Assembly: GCA_963819085.1 (NCBI GenBank)
Contig: CAWFUX010000049.1
Span: 24,382-88,381, forward strand
Direction: 5' to 3'
DNA from: an uncultured delta proteobacterium
GTDB taxonomy: Bacteria; Myxococcota_A; Polyangia; Polyangiales; Polyangiaceae
Length of the DNA stretch: 64,000 bases
Below, piece after piece: positions 9,796 to 19,901 of the stretch (positions within the stretch are counted from its first letter, which is position 1; each line of letters starts with the position of its first letter). Made by a program: the position numbers and the translations under genes. The notes under the pieces are model-generated. The model was not told where the DNA came from. It searched no databases and was given only the letters and a program-made list of their open reading frames with translations.

Positions 9796-11142
9796 ATGCT
9801 GAATCGAACAGATCTAATTATAAAATCCCAGGACACGGCTGACGGTCCATCAATCGCCGAGTATGCCGCTGCTGGCGGATACGAGGCCGCCAAAAAGACA
9901 TTTTCAATGCCACGCGAAGCCGTAGTCGCGGAAGTGAAAGCCGCGCACATAAGGGGTCGTGGTGGAGCTGGATTCGACTGCGGAATCAAGTGGGGTTTCA
10001 TGCCGCAGCCAGGGGCGCAGCCGCACTACTTGGTGGTCAACGCAGACGAAGGGGAGCCGGGTACGTTCAAAGACCGCAAGATCATGGAGCAGAACCCGCA
10101 TCTGCTGATCGAAGGCTGCATCATTGGCTGCTACGCGATTGGAGCGCACGCTTGCTACATTTACGTTCGACACGAATTGCACCTAGCCAAAGAGCGCCTG
10201 TGGGCTGCCATCGAGCAAGCGAGGGATAAGGGCTATCTCGGCAAGCATCCGTTTGGCAAGGCCTACCCCGTGGACATCTGGGTCCACACCGGGGCCGGCG
10301 CGTATATTTGCGGCGAGGAAACAGCGCTACTCAATTCGCTTGAAGGCAAACGCGGCGAGCCTCGCCTAAAGCCTCCTTTTCCCGCGCAAGCCGGCGCTTT
10401 TAGCTGCCCCACTTCGGTCAACAACGTCGAAACGGTCTCCGCTGTCACGCTGGCAATCCGACATGGCGGAGACACCTTCAGCCGTATGAGTGCACTTCAT
10501 GAGTTCAATGACGGCGGGGTGCGACTCTTCGGAGTCAGTGGTCACGTAAAACGGCCGGGAATTTACGAAGCCGCGGTGGGGTTGACCCTGCGCGAGCTAA
10601 TTTATGACTTGGGCGGAGGAATCCTGGACGATCGCCCCATGATAGGGGTAATCCCGGGGGGGTCGTCATGTCCAATCTTGCTACCCGACGAACTTGTCGA
10701 TGTTCCGAACGATCGTCGGTTCGAAACCTTCAATGGCAAAAGTGTGCTGGACCTGCCCATGGGCGTAGACACCTTTCGTTCGATTGGAACCATGCTCGGG
10801 ACCTGTTGTGCAATCGTACTGAGCGATGCAGTTGACCCAGTTCTCGCTTGTCGCAATCTAATGCAATTCTATAAGCACGAATCCTGCGGACAATGTACGC
10901 CTTGCCGAGAAGGATGCGGCTGGTTGGATCGACTGCTCGAAAAAATTGTCGCTGGTACCGCAACGATAGATGAACTCAATCTCGCCTCCGAAGTAGCCTC
11001 GAACATAGCCGGCAATACCATCTGTGCCTTCGGCGACGGTGCCGCCGGCCCGGTATTGGCATTTGTTCAGAAATTTCGCCCATCGTTCGAGGATTACATT
11101 CAAAGTGGCGGGTCTAATCAGACCAAACGGCTGGCACTATGA
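9796..11142 (+). CDS. nuoF: NADH-quinone oxidoreductase subunit F (51 kDa, FMN/NADH-binding)
   Basis: GRGGAGF, NADEGEPGTFKDR and ESCGQCTPCREG (N3 cluster) are present. The stop overlaps the nuoJ ATG (ATGA). Confidence 0.92.
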   Translation: MLNRTDLIIKSQDTADGPSIAEYAAAGGYEAAKKTFSMPREAVVAEVKAAHIRGRGGAGFDCGIKWGFMPQPGAQPHYLVVNADEGEPGTFKDRKIMEQNPHLLIEGCIIGCYAIGAHACYIYVRHELHLAKERLWAAIEQARDKGYLGKHPFGKAYPVDIWVHTGAGAYICGEETALLNSLEGKRGEPRLKPPFPAQAGAFSCPTSVNNVETVSAVTLAIRHGGDTFSRMSALHEFNDGGVRLFGVSGHVKRPGIYEAAVGLTLRELIYDLGGGILDDRPMIGVIPGGSSCPILLPDELVDVPNDRRFETFNGKSVLDLPMGVDTFRSIGTMLGTCCAIVLSDAVDPVLACRNLMQFYKHESCGQCTPCREGCGWLDRLLEKIVAGTATIDELNLASEVASNIAGNTICAFGDGAAGPVLAFVQKFRPSFEDYIQSGGSNQTKRLAL

Positions 11143-11762
11143 CAATTGGAAGTATTTATTTCTTTCTGTGCGCCATCGCATGTCTCGCGGGGGCTTTGAT
11201 GACCGTTGTGGCACATAATCCAATTCGCGGAGCTCTCGGTCTGCTGTTGACCATCATGGGAATCGCGGGAATGTATCTTAAGCTACACGCCCAATTCCTG
11301 GCAGCGGTTCAAGTCATCGTATACGCTGGCGCCGTCGTCATTCTTTTTGTCTTTGTCCTCATGTTGCTTGGCGCCGACGCCATGGAACGAAACACCAGTA
11401 AGCGTTCGCCCGTCGCACGATTTGCAGGTGGAGTCGGCATCGCGGCAATAATGTCAATTACAGCCTACCGGGCAATTCAGGTGTACTCGTCGCCCTCCAA
11501 CGGTCGTTTCCCTGCTTTGGCAGAGGATTTTGGCTCTGTGAAATCCGTGGGCACTCAATTATTCTCGGAAGCACTTGCGCCATTCGAGCTTTCCACGGCT
11601 TTGCTCATAGTCGCCGTAATTGGCGCAATTGCGGTCGCAAAGACTGGGCACCGGAAAGCTGCCCCAACACCTAACAATTTGTCAAATGCTCACCGTTTCT
11701 TTGGTGGGCCCGTTGAGCCGCGCGATGCGGCTCGGCCGATCGCAAAGGATCCGACCCTATGA
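11139..11762 (+). CDS. nuoJ: NADH-quinone oxidoreductase subunit J
   Basis: The polytopic membrane protein has an ND6/NuoJ-like N-terminus (FFLCAIACLAGALMTVVAHNPIRGALGLL..VIVYAGAVVILFVFVLMLL). Its position before nuoK supports the call. Confidence 0.8.
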   Translation: MTIGSIYFFLCAIACLAGALMTVVAHNPIRGALGLLLTIMGIAGMYLKLHAQFLAAVQVIVYAGAVVILFVFVLMLLGADAMERNTSKRSPVARFAGGVGIAAIMSITAYRAIQVYSSPSNGRFPALAEDFGSVKSVGTQLFSEALAPFELSTALLIVAVIGAIAVAKTGHRKAAPTPNNLSNAHRFFGGPVEPRDAARPIAKDPTL

Positions 11763-12076
11763 CGCCATTGAGTTATCACGTCCAGGAGTACGTGCTGCTG
11801 GCGGCGCTGCTATTTTCTATCGGTGGTTTGGGTTTTTTGATCCGACGCAACGTGTTGATTCAACTCATGTGTGTCGAAATCATGCTCAACGCCACTAACC
11901 TGGCGCTGGTGGCATTCAATCGGGTTTACCCTAATTCGATGACGGGCCAAGTCTTCGCATTTTTCGTAATTGCCGTCGCGGCAGCCGAGGCCGCGGTAGG
12001 CCTCGCCATCATCCTCGGATTTTATCGACTCCGCAGCAGCGTCCACAGTGACGACGCGGACATCCTTCGGCATTAA
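11759..12076 (+). CDS. nuoK: NADH-quinone oxidoreductase subunit K
   Basis: It is 105 aa with three TM helices. It carries the ND4L/NuoK signature GGLGFLIRRNVLIQLMCVEIMLNATNLALVAF. Confidence 0.85.
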   Translation: MTPLSYHVQEYVLLAALLFSIGGLGFLIRRNVLIQLMCVEIMLNATNLALVAFNRVYPNSMTGQVFAFFVIAVAAAEAAVGLAIILGFYRLRSSVHSDDADILRH

Positions 12077-12079
12077 TTC

Positions 12080-14655
12080 ATGGATATTACATCCCCGCCC
12101 CTGCTGCCCGGTAATTATGCTCCAATTTTGGTCATAATTGTCATGCCCTTATTGGGCGCCATCGTTAATGGAATCTTCGGCAAGCGCCTAGGACGATCCG
12201 CGGTAACGCTGATGGCACTCGCAGCCATCGGGATATCATTCATCGCCAGCGCTTTCACCGTTTGGCTGCTGATATCCTCTAGCCACGGACAGGCGCCGGT
12301 AACGCGCCTCAAATGGGATGGCTGGGAGTGGCTGCGCCTGAGCGGAGTCAACGACATCCGCGATATTCCGATTACATTCGGGTTCTTCGTAGATGCGCTC
12401 AGTGGTGTAATGACTCTGATTGTCACCGGAGTTGGCTTTCTGATCCACCTGTACTCGACGAAGTACATGGAGGATGACCCCGGATATCACCGTTTCTTTT
12501 CTTACATGAACTTGTTCATCTTTTCGATGCTGGTTCTGATTCTAGGAAATGGCCTTCCGGTACTATTCGTCGGATGGGAGGGCGTTGGCCTTTGCAGCTA
12601 TTTGCTGATTGGGTTCTGGTTTAAGGAGCCAGCCAATGCCGCCGCTGGCACCAAGGCTTTCATCGTCAATCGGATTGGGGACTTTGGACTCCTGGTTGCG
12701 ATGGGATTACTGGTAAAGTACGTGGGCGCGCTCGATTTACCGGAATCCAAAGCGGCGCCGCACAATTGGTCACGCCGGTGGAAGTCTGGTCCGGGACCAG
12801 CGCACTCGCATACGTAGCGGCAAGACCGTTCGAGATCTTCGGCCTCACGGGCGCCGCGCATTGGCTGCTCTCCCCGGGCTATGCAACGGCGGCAACGCTA
12901 GTGGGCCTAGCGCTGTTCCTGGGCTGCGCCGGCAAAAGTGCCCAAATACCGTTGTATGTTTGGTTGCCCGATGCAATGGCAGGCCCGACGCCCGTCAGCG
13001 CACTCATTCACGCGGCGACCATGGTAACCGCGGGCATCTATCTAGTCTGTAGAATGGCGCCCGTATTCGTGCTCAGCCCGTTTGCAATGTTCATCGTCGC
13101 ACTCGTCGGGGCGGTCACGGCCGTGTTTGCGGCAACCATCGCCTTTGCACAGCGTGACATTAAAAAGGTCCTCGCCTATTCGACCGTAAGCCAGCTGGGC
13201 TACATGTTTTTGGGTGTCGGCGTGGGGGCGTTTACCGCCGGTTTCTTTCACGTCGTAACTCACGCGTTTTTCAAGGCATGCTTATTCCTGGGTGCTGGGA
13301 GTGTCATTCACGCCATGCATGCCCGAATCCACGACACGAATGCCTCTCAGGATATGGGCAACATGGGGGGACTGCGGCGATACCTGCCAATTACATTCTT
13401 TACGTTTGCAGCATCTTGGGCGGCTATCGTTGGAGTGCCGTTTACGAGCGGTTTCTTCTCCAAAGATGAGATTCTATCTCAGTCGTTCACGTTGACCGTC
13501 GGATCCCCTGTGGCTAGCGGGATGCTGGAAACGGCAACGGGGCCGATCAGTATTTTCGTTTCGCCTCCCTGGGTCTCTTCCCTGCTGCTCAGCCTTGGAA
13601 CGCTCGGAGCGGTGATGACCGCCTTCTACATGACCCGACTCATCGTCGGAATATTCTTTGGTCAGTTCCGCGGCTGGACAATTGCCGCGGAATCTACCAA
13701 TTCTACCGACCATCATTCGGATTCAGGTGGTCATGATTCCCATTCGAGCGGCCCGGCACCGCACGAATCTCCCTGGGCGATGACATTGCCATTGGTCCTA
13801 CTGGGAGCGCTTGCTCTCGGTGCGGGGATCTTCAATGCGGCCGCTTTGCACTACACGCCGCTCGATCATTTCCTCGAAAGCTCCTTTGGCAAGTTTGAGA
13901 ATATCAAGCAGCGCCCGAACAGCGAACAGCTTGAACACGTACTCTTGCTCCCCGGGATATTTGCATTCATTTTCGGCACGGCTTGGGCAGGTTGGGTCTA
14001 CTTGCTCGAAAAGGGGCAACCTGCGAAGCGCTTCGTGGAGCGCTATCCAAGGTTCTACCGACTGGTTTCTGAGAAGTGGCGAATTGACGAGTTGTACAGA
14101 GAGACAATCGTTGGCACTCTCGAACTCATCGCCGACATTTGTGTCTGGTTCGACAAGTGGATAGTGGATGGACTCTTGTCTCGGGTGACAAGCTTCGTAA
14201 TCGCCCTGCTTGGGAGCTGCGTGCGACTCATTCAAACGGGTCGAGTGCAAACCTATGCAGCGTTTATCGTGCTTGGTTTGGGCTGCGTTAGCTGGTTCAT
14301 GATGACCCCCCATGCCGAGGCCGCGATCGTCACAGACCACGAAACGGGCAAATACAAACTCACGGCGGAACCGGGCATGGGCTATGGATATCGGTGGGAT
14401 TCGAACGGTGACGGGAAATTCGAGACTCCGAGCTTTGGCGATCAGGCTTCCGTTGACGTCGAACTAGCGAGAACGGAGCGTCGTACAGTCACGCTTCAAG
14501 TGCGCGACGTCTTTGGTCGCGAGGCAACTCGCAAATTCAAGTTGGAACGCCCTGCGGAAGACCAGATGGGGGCGCGTTCCGTCCCCCCTTCGGCAGCTGG
14601 GCAAAATGAAGCCAATGCACCAAGCCATGCCGTTCAACCAGGACAAAAACCGTGA
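12080..14655 (+). pseudogene. nuoL: NADH-quinone oxidoreductase subunit L, frame-disrupted by a 1-nt indel (pseudogene or assembly error); carries a C-terminal extension
   Basis: Track pieces 12080-12817 and 12766-14655 are the N- and C-parts of one NuoL/ND5 (GWEGVGLCSYLLIGFW, then GKSAQIPLYVWLPDAMAGPTPVSALIHAATMVTAG). Frame 2 reads ..GALD and frame 1 reads FTGIQSGAAQLVTPVEVW. They join if the T-run at 12736-12738 has lost one T. Confidence 0.85.
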
Positions 14656-16500
14656 CATCGCTTGGTAAAGCACTTATTGATTTCGTGCCATACGTCATGG
14701 CGTTTGCCCTCGGCGCATTGATCCCTAATCGGAACAGCCGCTTCGAGCGCGTGGCGCTTGGAATAATCGGGGTTCTCCTGTTGTCATTCATTCGAGGGCT
14801 GTGGCCGGGCGCTGCGCAAGCTGGGGCCCCAGCACAAGAATGGCCACACCTGTTGAACGTGGTCGTGTTTTTGCCATTGGTAGCGGCAGTCGTCCTGCTG
14901 CTTTTACCTCGCAAGTCGCCCGGTTTCTTAAAGGCCTTCACTTTGGGAATTCTGTTGGTCGACTTCGCGGTTTCGCTGCTGCTTTTGCGGGCCCCAATGG
15001 AGGTCGGCTGGCACTTCCAATATATTGCGCCGTGGCTGCCAAGATTTGGCATTCGTTACCATGTGGCCGTTGATGGCATCAGCTTCTGGATGGTCCTGCT
15101 GACGACGTTTACGACACCAATTGCCGCCATCGTCGCATTCGGGTCTATCAAGGAGCGCATCAAGGATCTTTGCTTCGCGCTGTTGCTTTTGCACAGCGGA
15201 ATGCTCGGTGCCTTTGTAGCCCTTGACTTGTTCCTATTCTACGTTTTCTGGGAACTCATGCTCATACCAATGATCATTCTCATTGGTGTCTGGGGAGGCG
15301 TTGAACGCATCAAGGCCGCGTACAAGTTCTTCCTATTTACGATGGCAGGCAGCGTATTGATGCTTGCGGCAATTCTTTATCTTGTCATCACCCATAAGCA
15401 AATTGCGGGTTACTATACATTTCGACTATTTAGCCCTGCAGCACGTCAACTTGACCCATACGGCGGCCTGGTTTTGCTTTGGTGCCTTTGCGCTCGCGTT
15501 TGCCGTCAAGGTTCCAATGTTTCCGCTGCACACGTGGCTGCCGGACGCACACGTTCAGGCACCTACTAGCGGTTCTATCATCCTTGCGGCAGTGTTACTC
15601 AAGCTGGGAAGTTACGGGTACCTGCGGTATTGCATGGGCATGTTTGGGGGTCCGGCTTGGGCGGTAGGCGCCAACTTGGCGGGGCTGGTGATCGTTGCAG
15701 GCATCCTGTACGGAGCATTGGTTGCATGGCGCCAAGATGACGTAAAAAAGTTGGTCGCCTATTCGTCCGTGGCGCACATGGGCTTCGTCATGCTTGGCTT
15801 CGCTGCCGCCACGCAAGCGAGCGTTCAAGGCGCACTGCTGCAAATGGTCAATCACGGGATTTCGACTGGCGCACTCTTCTTGCTAGTCGGCGTAATTTAC
15901 GATCGACGGCATACGCGCTCGGTACAGGAATTTGGCGGCCTCGCTTCCGTGATGCCGATCTACACAGCGGTATTCGTGGTCGTCACTCTGTCGAGCATTG
16001 GCGTACCCGGAACGAACGGCTTCGTCGGTGAGTTCATGGTGCTGCTTGGGACCTTTGCCTCTCAGAGTTTGGGCAATTTTGCTACGATTCAAGCAACTCT
16101 GGCGACGGCAGGGGTAATTCTGGCTGCGCTCTACATGCTGACAATGGTTCAACGCATGTTCTTCGGACCCTTGTCTAACAATGCCAATCGCTCGTTACCG
16201 GATCTTACGGTGCGAGAAACCATAGTGCTCGCTCCCGCAATTGTCCTGATTTTCGTTATCGGGCTTTTCCCTTCATTGTTCCTGGATAAATCAAGTCAAA
16301 GTGTGACCGCAGTCATAGAGCAATATCGAGACGGGCGCCGGGCTTATCAGGACATGCCAGAGGACGCGCCTCGCGCAATGCTGCTACCAAGACGAGGAGG
16401 TCCGCTTGAACAAGGGTATCCAGAGGCTCCAACAGACGTCCAGCGCCCGGCCGTAGCAAGTGCTGCCGACGCGAAGCCAAGTTTGATAGGTGCACAATGA
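14652..16500 (+). pseudogene. nuoM: NADH-quinone oxidoreductase subunit M, frame-disrupted by a 1-nt indel (pseudogene or assembly error)
   Basis: Pieces 14652-15569 and 15364-16500 carry FWELMLIPM and then KVPMFPLHTWLPDAHVQAPTSGS. The frames join as ..GYYT/FDYLALQH.. with one extra base in the TTT at 15420-15422. Confidence 0.85.
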
Positions 16501-18017
16501 GTACGCTGATGGCGCTGTCACCGCTGTGGGTCGTGGCATTAGGCCTTTTGCTGCTTATGCTCTCGGATGCGTTTGGGAACGGTGCGGGCAAAGAAGTAAG
16601 TGAAGGCCAGGAACTTTCGATAAGAGGCGTTGCGTCCGGCGAATTGGCAATTGGTACGGCCGTCGTGATGTTCGCTGGCGCATGCTTCGCATTTGCAATG
16701 GGCTTGTCTGGCACAGAAATCCAGAAATCCGTCAGTGTATCGCAACTAGCATTGGATTCATTCTCCTACTACTCCATGGGTTTTCTATGCGTGCTCGGCG
16801 GACTCGTCGCGTTGCTAGCTGGGTCGTATCTTCCGGAGCATCGTATTTATCGGACTGAATTCTTTCTCTTGCTCGGTTGGTCTACTCTCGGCGCAATGGC
16901 ATTGGTGTGCGCCGCCGACTTGCTGACGTTGTTCGTAGCTCTCGAAACCATGTCGCTCGGCACCTATTGTCTTGTGGGCCTTCGCCGCACGTCGCGGTCC
17001 ATTGAAGCCGCCCTGAAATACTTCCTACTCGGAAGTTTCGCATCTGCGGTACTTCTGTTCGGTATGGCCCTGCTATACGGAGCAACGGGCCATACGGATC
17101 TGCCCGGTATCGCTTCGTCAATTGCAACACTCAACGACAAGTCGACAACGGTGCCATTGCTCGTGGGTGGCACGGCCCTGGTTGTTGTGGGGTTGCTCTT
17201 CAAAATAGCCGCTGTGCCGTTTCATGCTTGGACCCCTGATGCCTATGAGGGTGCCCCAACACCAGCGACCGCCTATATGGCCGCGGTGGTTAAGACCGCT
17301 GCATTCGGGGTGTTGCTACGCGTGCTTCTGGTAGCCTTCCCTGACCCCCGGATCGGCAGTTGGGGTAGTGGGTGGTCCGGGCTATTAGCCGTAGTTGCGG
17401 TGCTCACAATGTCCGTGGCCAACGTGGTGGCGGGCCGTCAAAGCTCGGTAAAGCGGATGCTTGCCTATTCGTCGATAGCGCACGCCGGTAACGCGCTGAT
17501 CGGCGTAGTTTCGTTGTCGAAATCTGCTGAAGCGCAAGCGAGCGTAATGCTCTACATTGTTGCGTACGCTCTTTCAACGCTAGGCGCGTTTGGTTCGTTG
17601 ATCTGGGCAGGCTCGTATGGAAATGAAGCCACGAGCTATGATGACCTTGCGGGGCTTGGGAAACGCAACCCTCCCGTCGCGCTTGCACTTACGCTATTCG
17701 TTCTGTCGTTGGCAGGCATCCCTCCAACAGCTGGTTTCTTCGGAAAACTCAGCGTCTTTCGGGCCGCCGTCGAAGCCGACATGGTTCCGCTCGTAATCAT
17801 CGGCCTTATCAACAGTGTTATTGCGGCCTACTATTATCTGAAGGTCGTAGTCGTGATGTACATGCAGGATCCTGAAAAGGGCATCGCTACGGCCACGCCA
17901 ATGCGCGCCCCAATGCTGGTCACTGCGCTCTTTATTACTGCCGTCCTCGTCTTGGTTCTGGGTATGTTTCCAGAAACAATGCTCAATGTTTTGGCGCGCA
18001 CTTCGCTCGCCGGTTAG
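16497..18017 (+). CDS. nuoN: NADH-quinone oxidoreductase subunit N
   Basis: The protein is ND2/NuoN-like and polytopic (FKIAAVPFHAWTPDAYEGAPTPATAYMA, KRMLAYSSIAHAG). Its start overlaps the nuoM stop. Confidence 0.85.
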   Translation: MSTLMALSPLWVVALGLLLLMLSDAFGNGAGKEVSEGQELSIRGVASGELAIGTAVVMFAGACFAFAMGLSGTEIQKSVSVSQLALDSFSYYSMGFLCVLGGLVALLAGSYLPEHRIYRTEFFLLLGWSTLGAMALVCAADLLTLFVALETMSLGTYCLVGLRRTSRSIEAALKYFLLGSFASAVLLFGMALLYGATGHTDLPGIASSIATLNDKSTTVPLLVGGTALVVVGLLFKIAAVPFHAWTPDAYEGAPTPATAYMAAVVKTAAFGVLLRVLLVAFPDPRIGSWGSGWSGLLAVVAVLTMSVANVVAGRQSSVKRMLAYSSIAHAGNALIGVVSLSKSAEAQASVMLYIVAYALSTLGAFGSLIWAGSYGNEATSYDDLAGLGKRNPPVALALTLFVLSLAGIPPTAGFFGKLSVFRAAVEADMVPLVIIGLINSVIAAYYYLKVVVVMYMQDPEKGIATATPMRAPMLVTALFITAVLVLVLGMFPETMLNVLARTSLAG

Positions 18018-18028
18018 GTTAGCTTATT

Positions 18029-18886
18029 ATGTGTCTTCACAACTATTCGCGGTTAATTCTATTTTGCGCATTATTCACAGCGTGCCGGCACTCGACGAAG
18101 GAGAATATCCTAGACGCGTCAGTGAAGTTGATACCCATCCCCGAGCAACGTGTTGAGGCAATCAACAATGTGACCAAGCAGGCTGCTTACCAAGGTGCGA
18201 CTGGCTCGATAGAAGGCCTCGTGACCATGGTCGGCGATGTCGCTCCCGACATGACCACCTATATCGACAAGATCCCAGCTGACTGCTCGATTGCGACGAA
18301 TACCTACGGCAAACTGTTCCGCGAGGGTGGCGGACGAACGGTGGCTGATGTGTTGGTTGCGGTCACTGGCTACAAGGGTTACTTGAAGCCCAAATCGGAT
18401 CACGTCGAGCTATTGGCTCGCGATTGCGCATGGGCCAAAAAAACCGTCGGGGTGACCTTTGGTCAGCGCATTGATGTAAAAAGCGCCGATACGCGGCCTT
18501 ATATTCCACAACTCTTGGGTGGCCCGGCGGGAGCGCTTCTCGTGGCCGTACCCGGGGGCGACGCGGTTCCCGTATTTCCGCAAGAACCCGGTCACTATGT
18601 GCTTATAGATTCGATGCGACTCTATTCGAAGGCCGATGTGTTCGTTGTCAGGTATCCGACGTTCGACGTAACCGGCCTCAATGGACGCTACCGGATCGAT
18701 GGGATCCCTGTCGGGCCCGTTACGGTTTCGGCGCTCTTGCCATCAACGAGCAGCACTGACTCACGTCAGATAACAGTAGCGGCCAACCAAACCGTAAACG
18801 TGGACTTCACTCTGAAATTCAGCCGCGCCGCCATGCTACCTCAACAGGCGCCGTCGGCAGCCGGGCCCACGAAACCCCCGAATTGA
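18029..18886 (+). CDS. Lipoprotein with carboxypeptidase-regulatory-like beta-sandwich domain
   Basis: It has a signal peptide with the lipobox LFTAC. The C-terminal GRYRIDGIPVGPVTVSALLP is typical of CarboxypepD_reg-like folds. It starts 12 nt after the nuoN stop. Confidence 0.5.
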   Translation: MCLHNYSRLILFCALFTACRHSTKENILDASVKLIPIPEQRVEAINNVTKQAAYQGATGSIEGLVTMVGDVAPDMTTYIDKIPADCSIATNTYGKLFREGGGRTVADVLVAVTGYKGYLKPKSDHVELLARDCAWAKKTVGVTFGQRIDVKSADTRPYIPQLLGGPAGALLVAVPGGDAVPVFPQEPGHYVLIDSMRLYSKADVFVVRYPTFDVTGLNGRYRIDGIPVGPVTVSALLPSTSSTDSRQITVAANQTVNVDFTLKFSRAAMLPQQAPSAAGPTKPPN

Positions 18887-18890
18887 GGGC

Positions 18891-19817
18891 TTATTTGCTC
18901 GTCTTGGCGTTGGTGTCAGCCGCATCAATCAGGGTCTTTAGCGCTAGTTCGTAGTCGGTCCTGAGCTTCTTTATTCTCTGATCGATTTCAACTAGGACAT
19001 GCTGCGCTTGCTGCAGTTCGGTGTGGACCCGAGTTATCGCTGCGTTTTCGGACGCGGCTCTGGACTGTGCACTCTTTCGGTCGCCGTCCGGCAGCGATGC
19101 GTCAGAGGACGCCATCGAATCTTGCTCGGCCGCGCGCTGCAGAGTCTTCTTGATTTCGGCAGATTCATCGACCTGATCTTTGAGTTGGCGACGACTCTTT
19201 TCAACGCCGACGTACGTGAGGTAAGCGGTTTCACTGATCTTGTCCGCTTGATCCTTGAGCTTTTCGACGGCTTTGTCGCCGATCGCCGCCGAATGAGCGG
19301 CGATGTAGCTGTGGGCTTCGTCGTGATCGCGCATCTTGTCTTGCAATGCCTTGTCAACCGCTTTGTTCAGGCCAAACAATGCTGCGCCGCCGACTTTACC
19401 CGGGTCCTTACATTCATTCTGCTTGGCGGTGTACTGCGCGGAACCTACCACTCCATTTTGAATATTCTGTTTCTCCTCTTCGAAGAACGTGGTCACGACT
19501 TCGTTCTGCTCGTGTCGCTCGGCATAGTCCGAACTACGACCCGCGGAGTCCGCAAGCTTGTAAGTGGCGGAAACATGGTTCCAACCCTTGGTGTCGAGGG
19601 CCGACGCGAATTGAGACATCTCTCCAATAATTCGATTGGCCTTGTTCTCCTGTTGATCAATGGAACCGCGAGTTGAAGCGAGCCTATCCGGATATCGTGT
19701 TGCATAAGCCGGTTGCCCCGACGACGGCGTTGTGAGCGGTGGCAAGTCATCCTTGCGCGTGCAGGCAATGGCCAAAGAAATTGAACAGGAGAGGCAAATG
19801 AATGATACGAGTCGCAT
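18891..19817 (-). CDS. Hypothetical coiled-coil lipoprotein
   Basis: The lipobox is SLAIAC. The rest is rich in E/K/A/Q and probably helical. I recognise no domain. It lies downstream of moxR on the same strand. Confidence 0.5.
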   Translation of the reverse strand: MRLVSFICLSCSISLAIACTRKDDLPPLTTPSSGQPAYATRYPDRLASTRGSIDQQENKANRIIGEMSQFASALDTKGWNHVSATYKLADSAGRSSDYAERHEQNEVVTTFFEEEKQNIQNGVVGSAQYTAKQNECKDPGKVGGAALFGLNKAVDKALQDKMRDHDEAHSYIAAHSAAIGDKAVEKLKDQADKISETAYLTYVGVEKSRRQLKDQVDESAEIKKTLQRAAEQDSMASSDASLPDGDRKSAQSRAASENAAITRVHTELQQAQHVLVEIDQRIKKLRTDYELALKTLIDAADTNAKTSK

Positions 19818-19901
19818 GGCTCACGCATCACAACGCGATGACGGCGGCAGAGTCAATCATTCCTTGATCTGGAAAGTTCGGGCCAGGGTTCACTGGAGGA
19901 C

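Noticed and set aside
12730-12745. Programmed ribosomal frameshifting as the explanation for the split nuoL, and likewise nuoM, mutS and serA
   Set aside because: There is no slippery heptamer or downstream structure. These families are not known to use recoding. The same kind of break occurs in more than a dozen unrelated genes.
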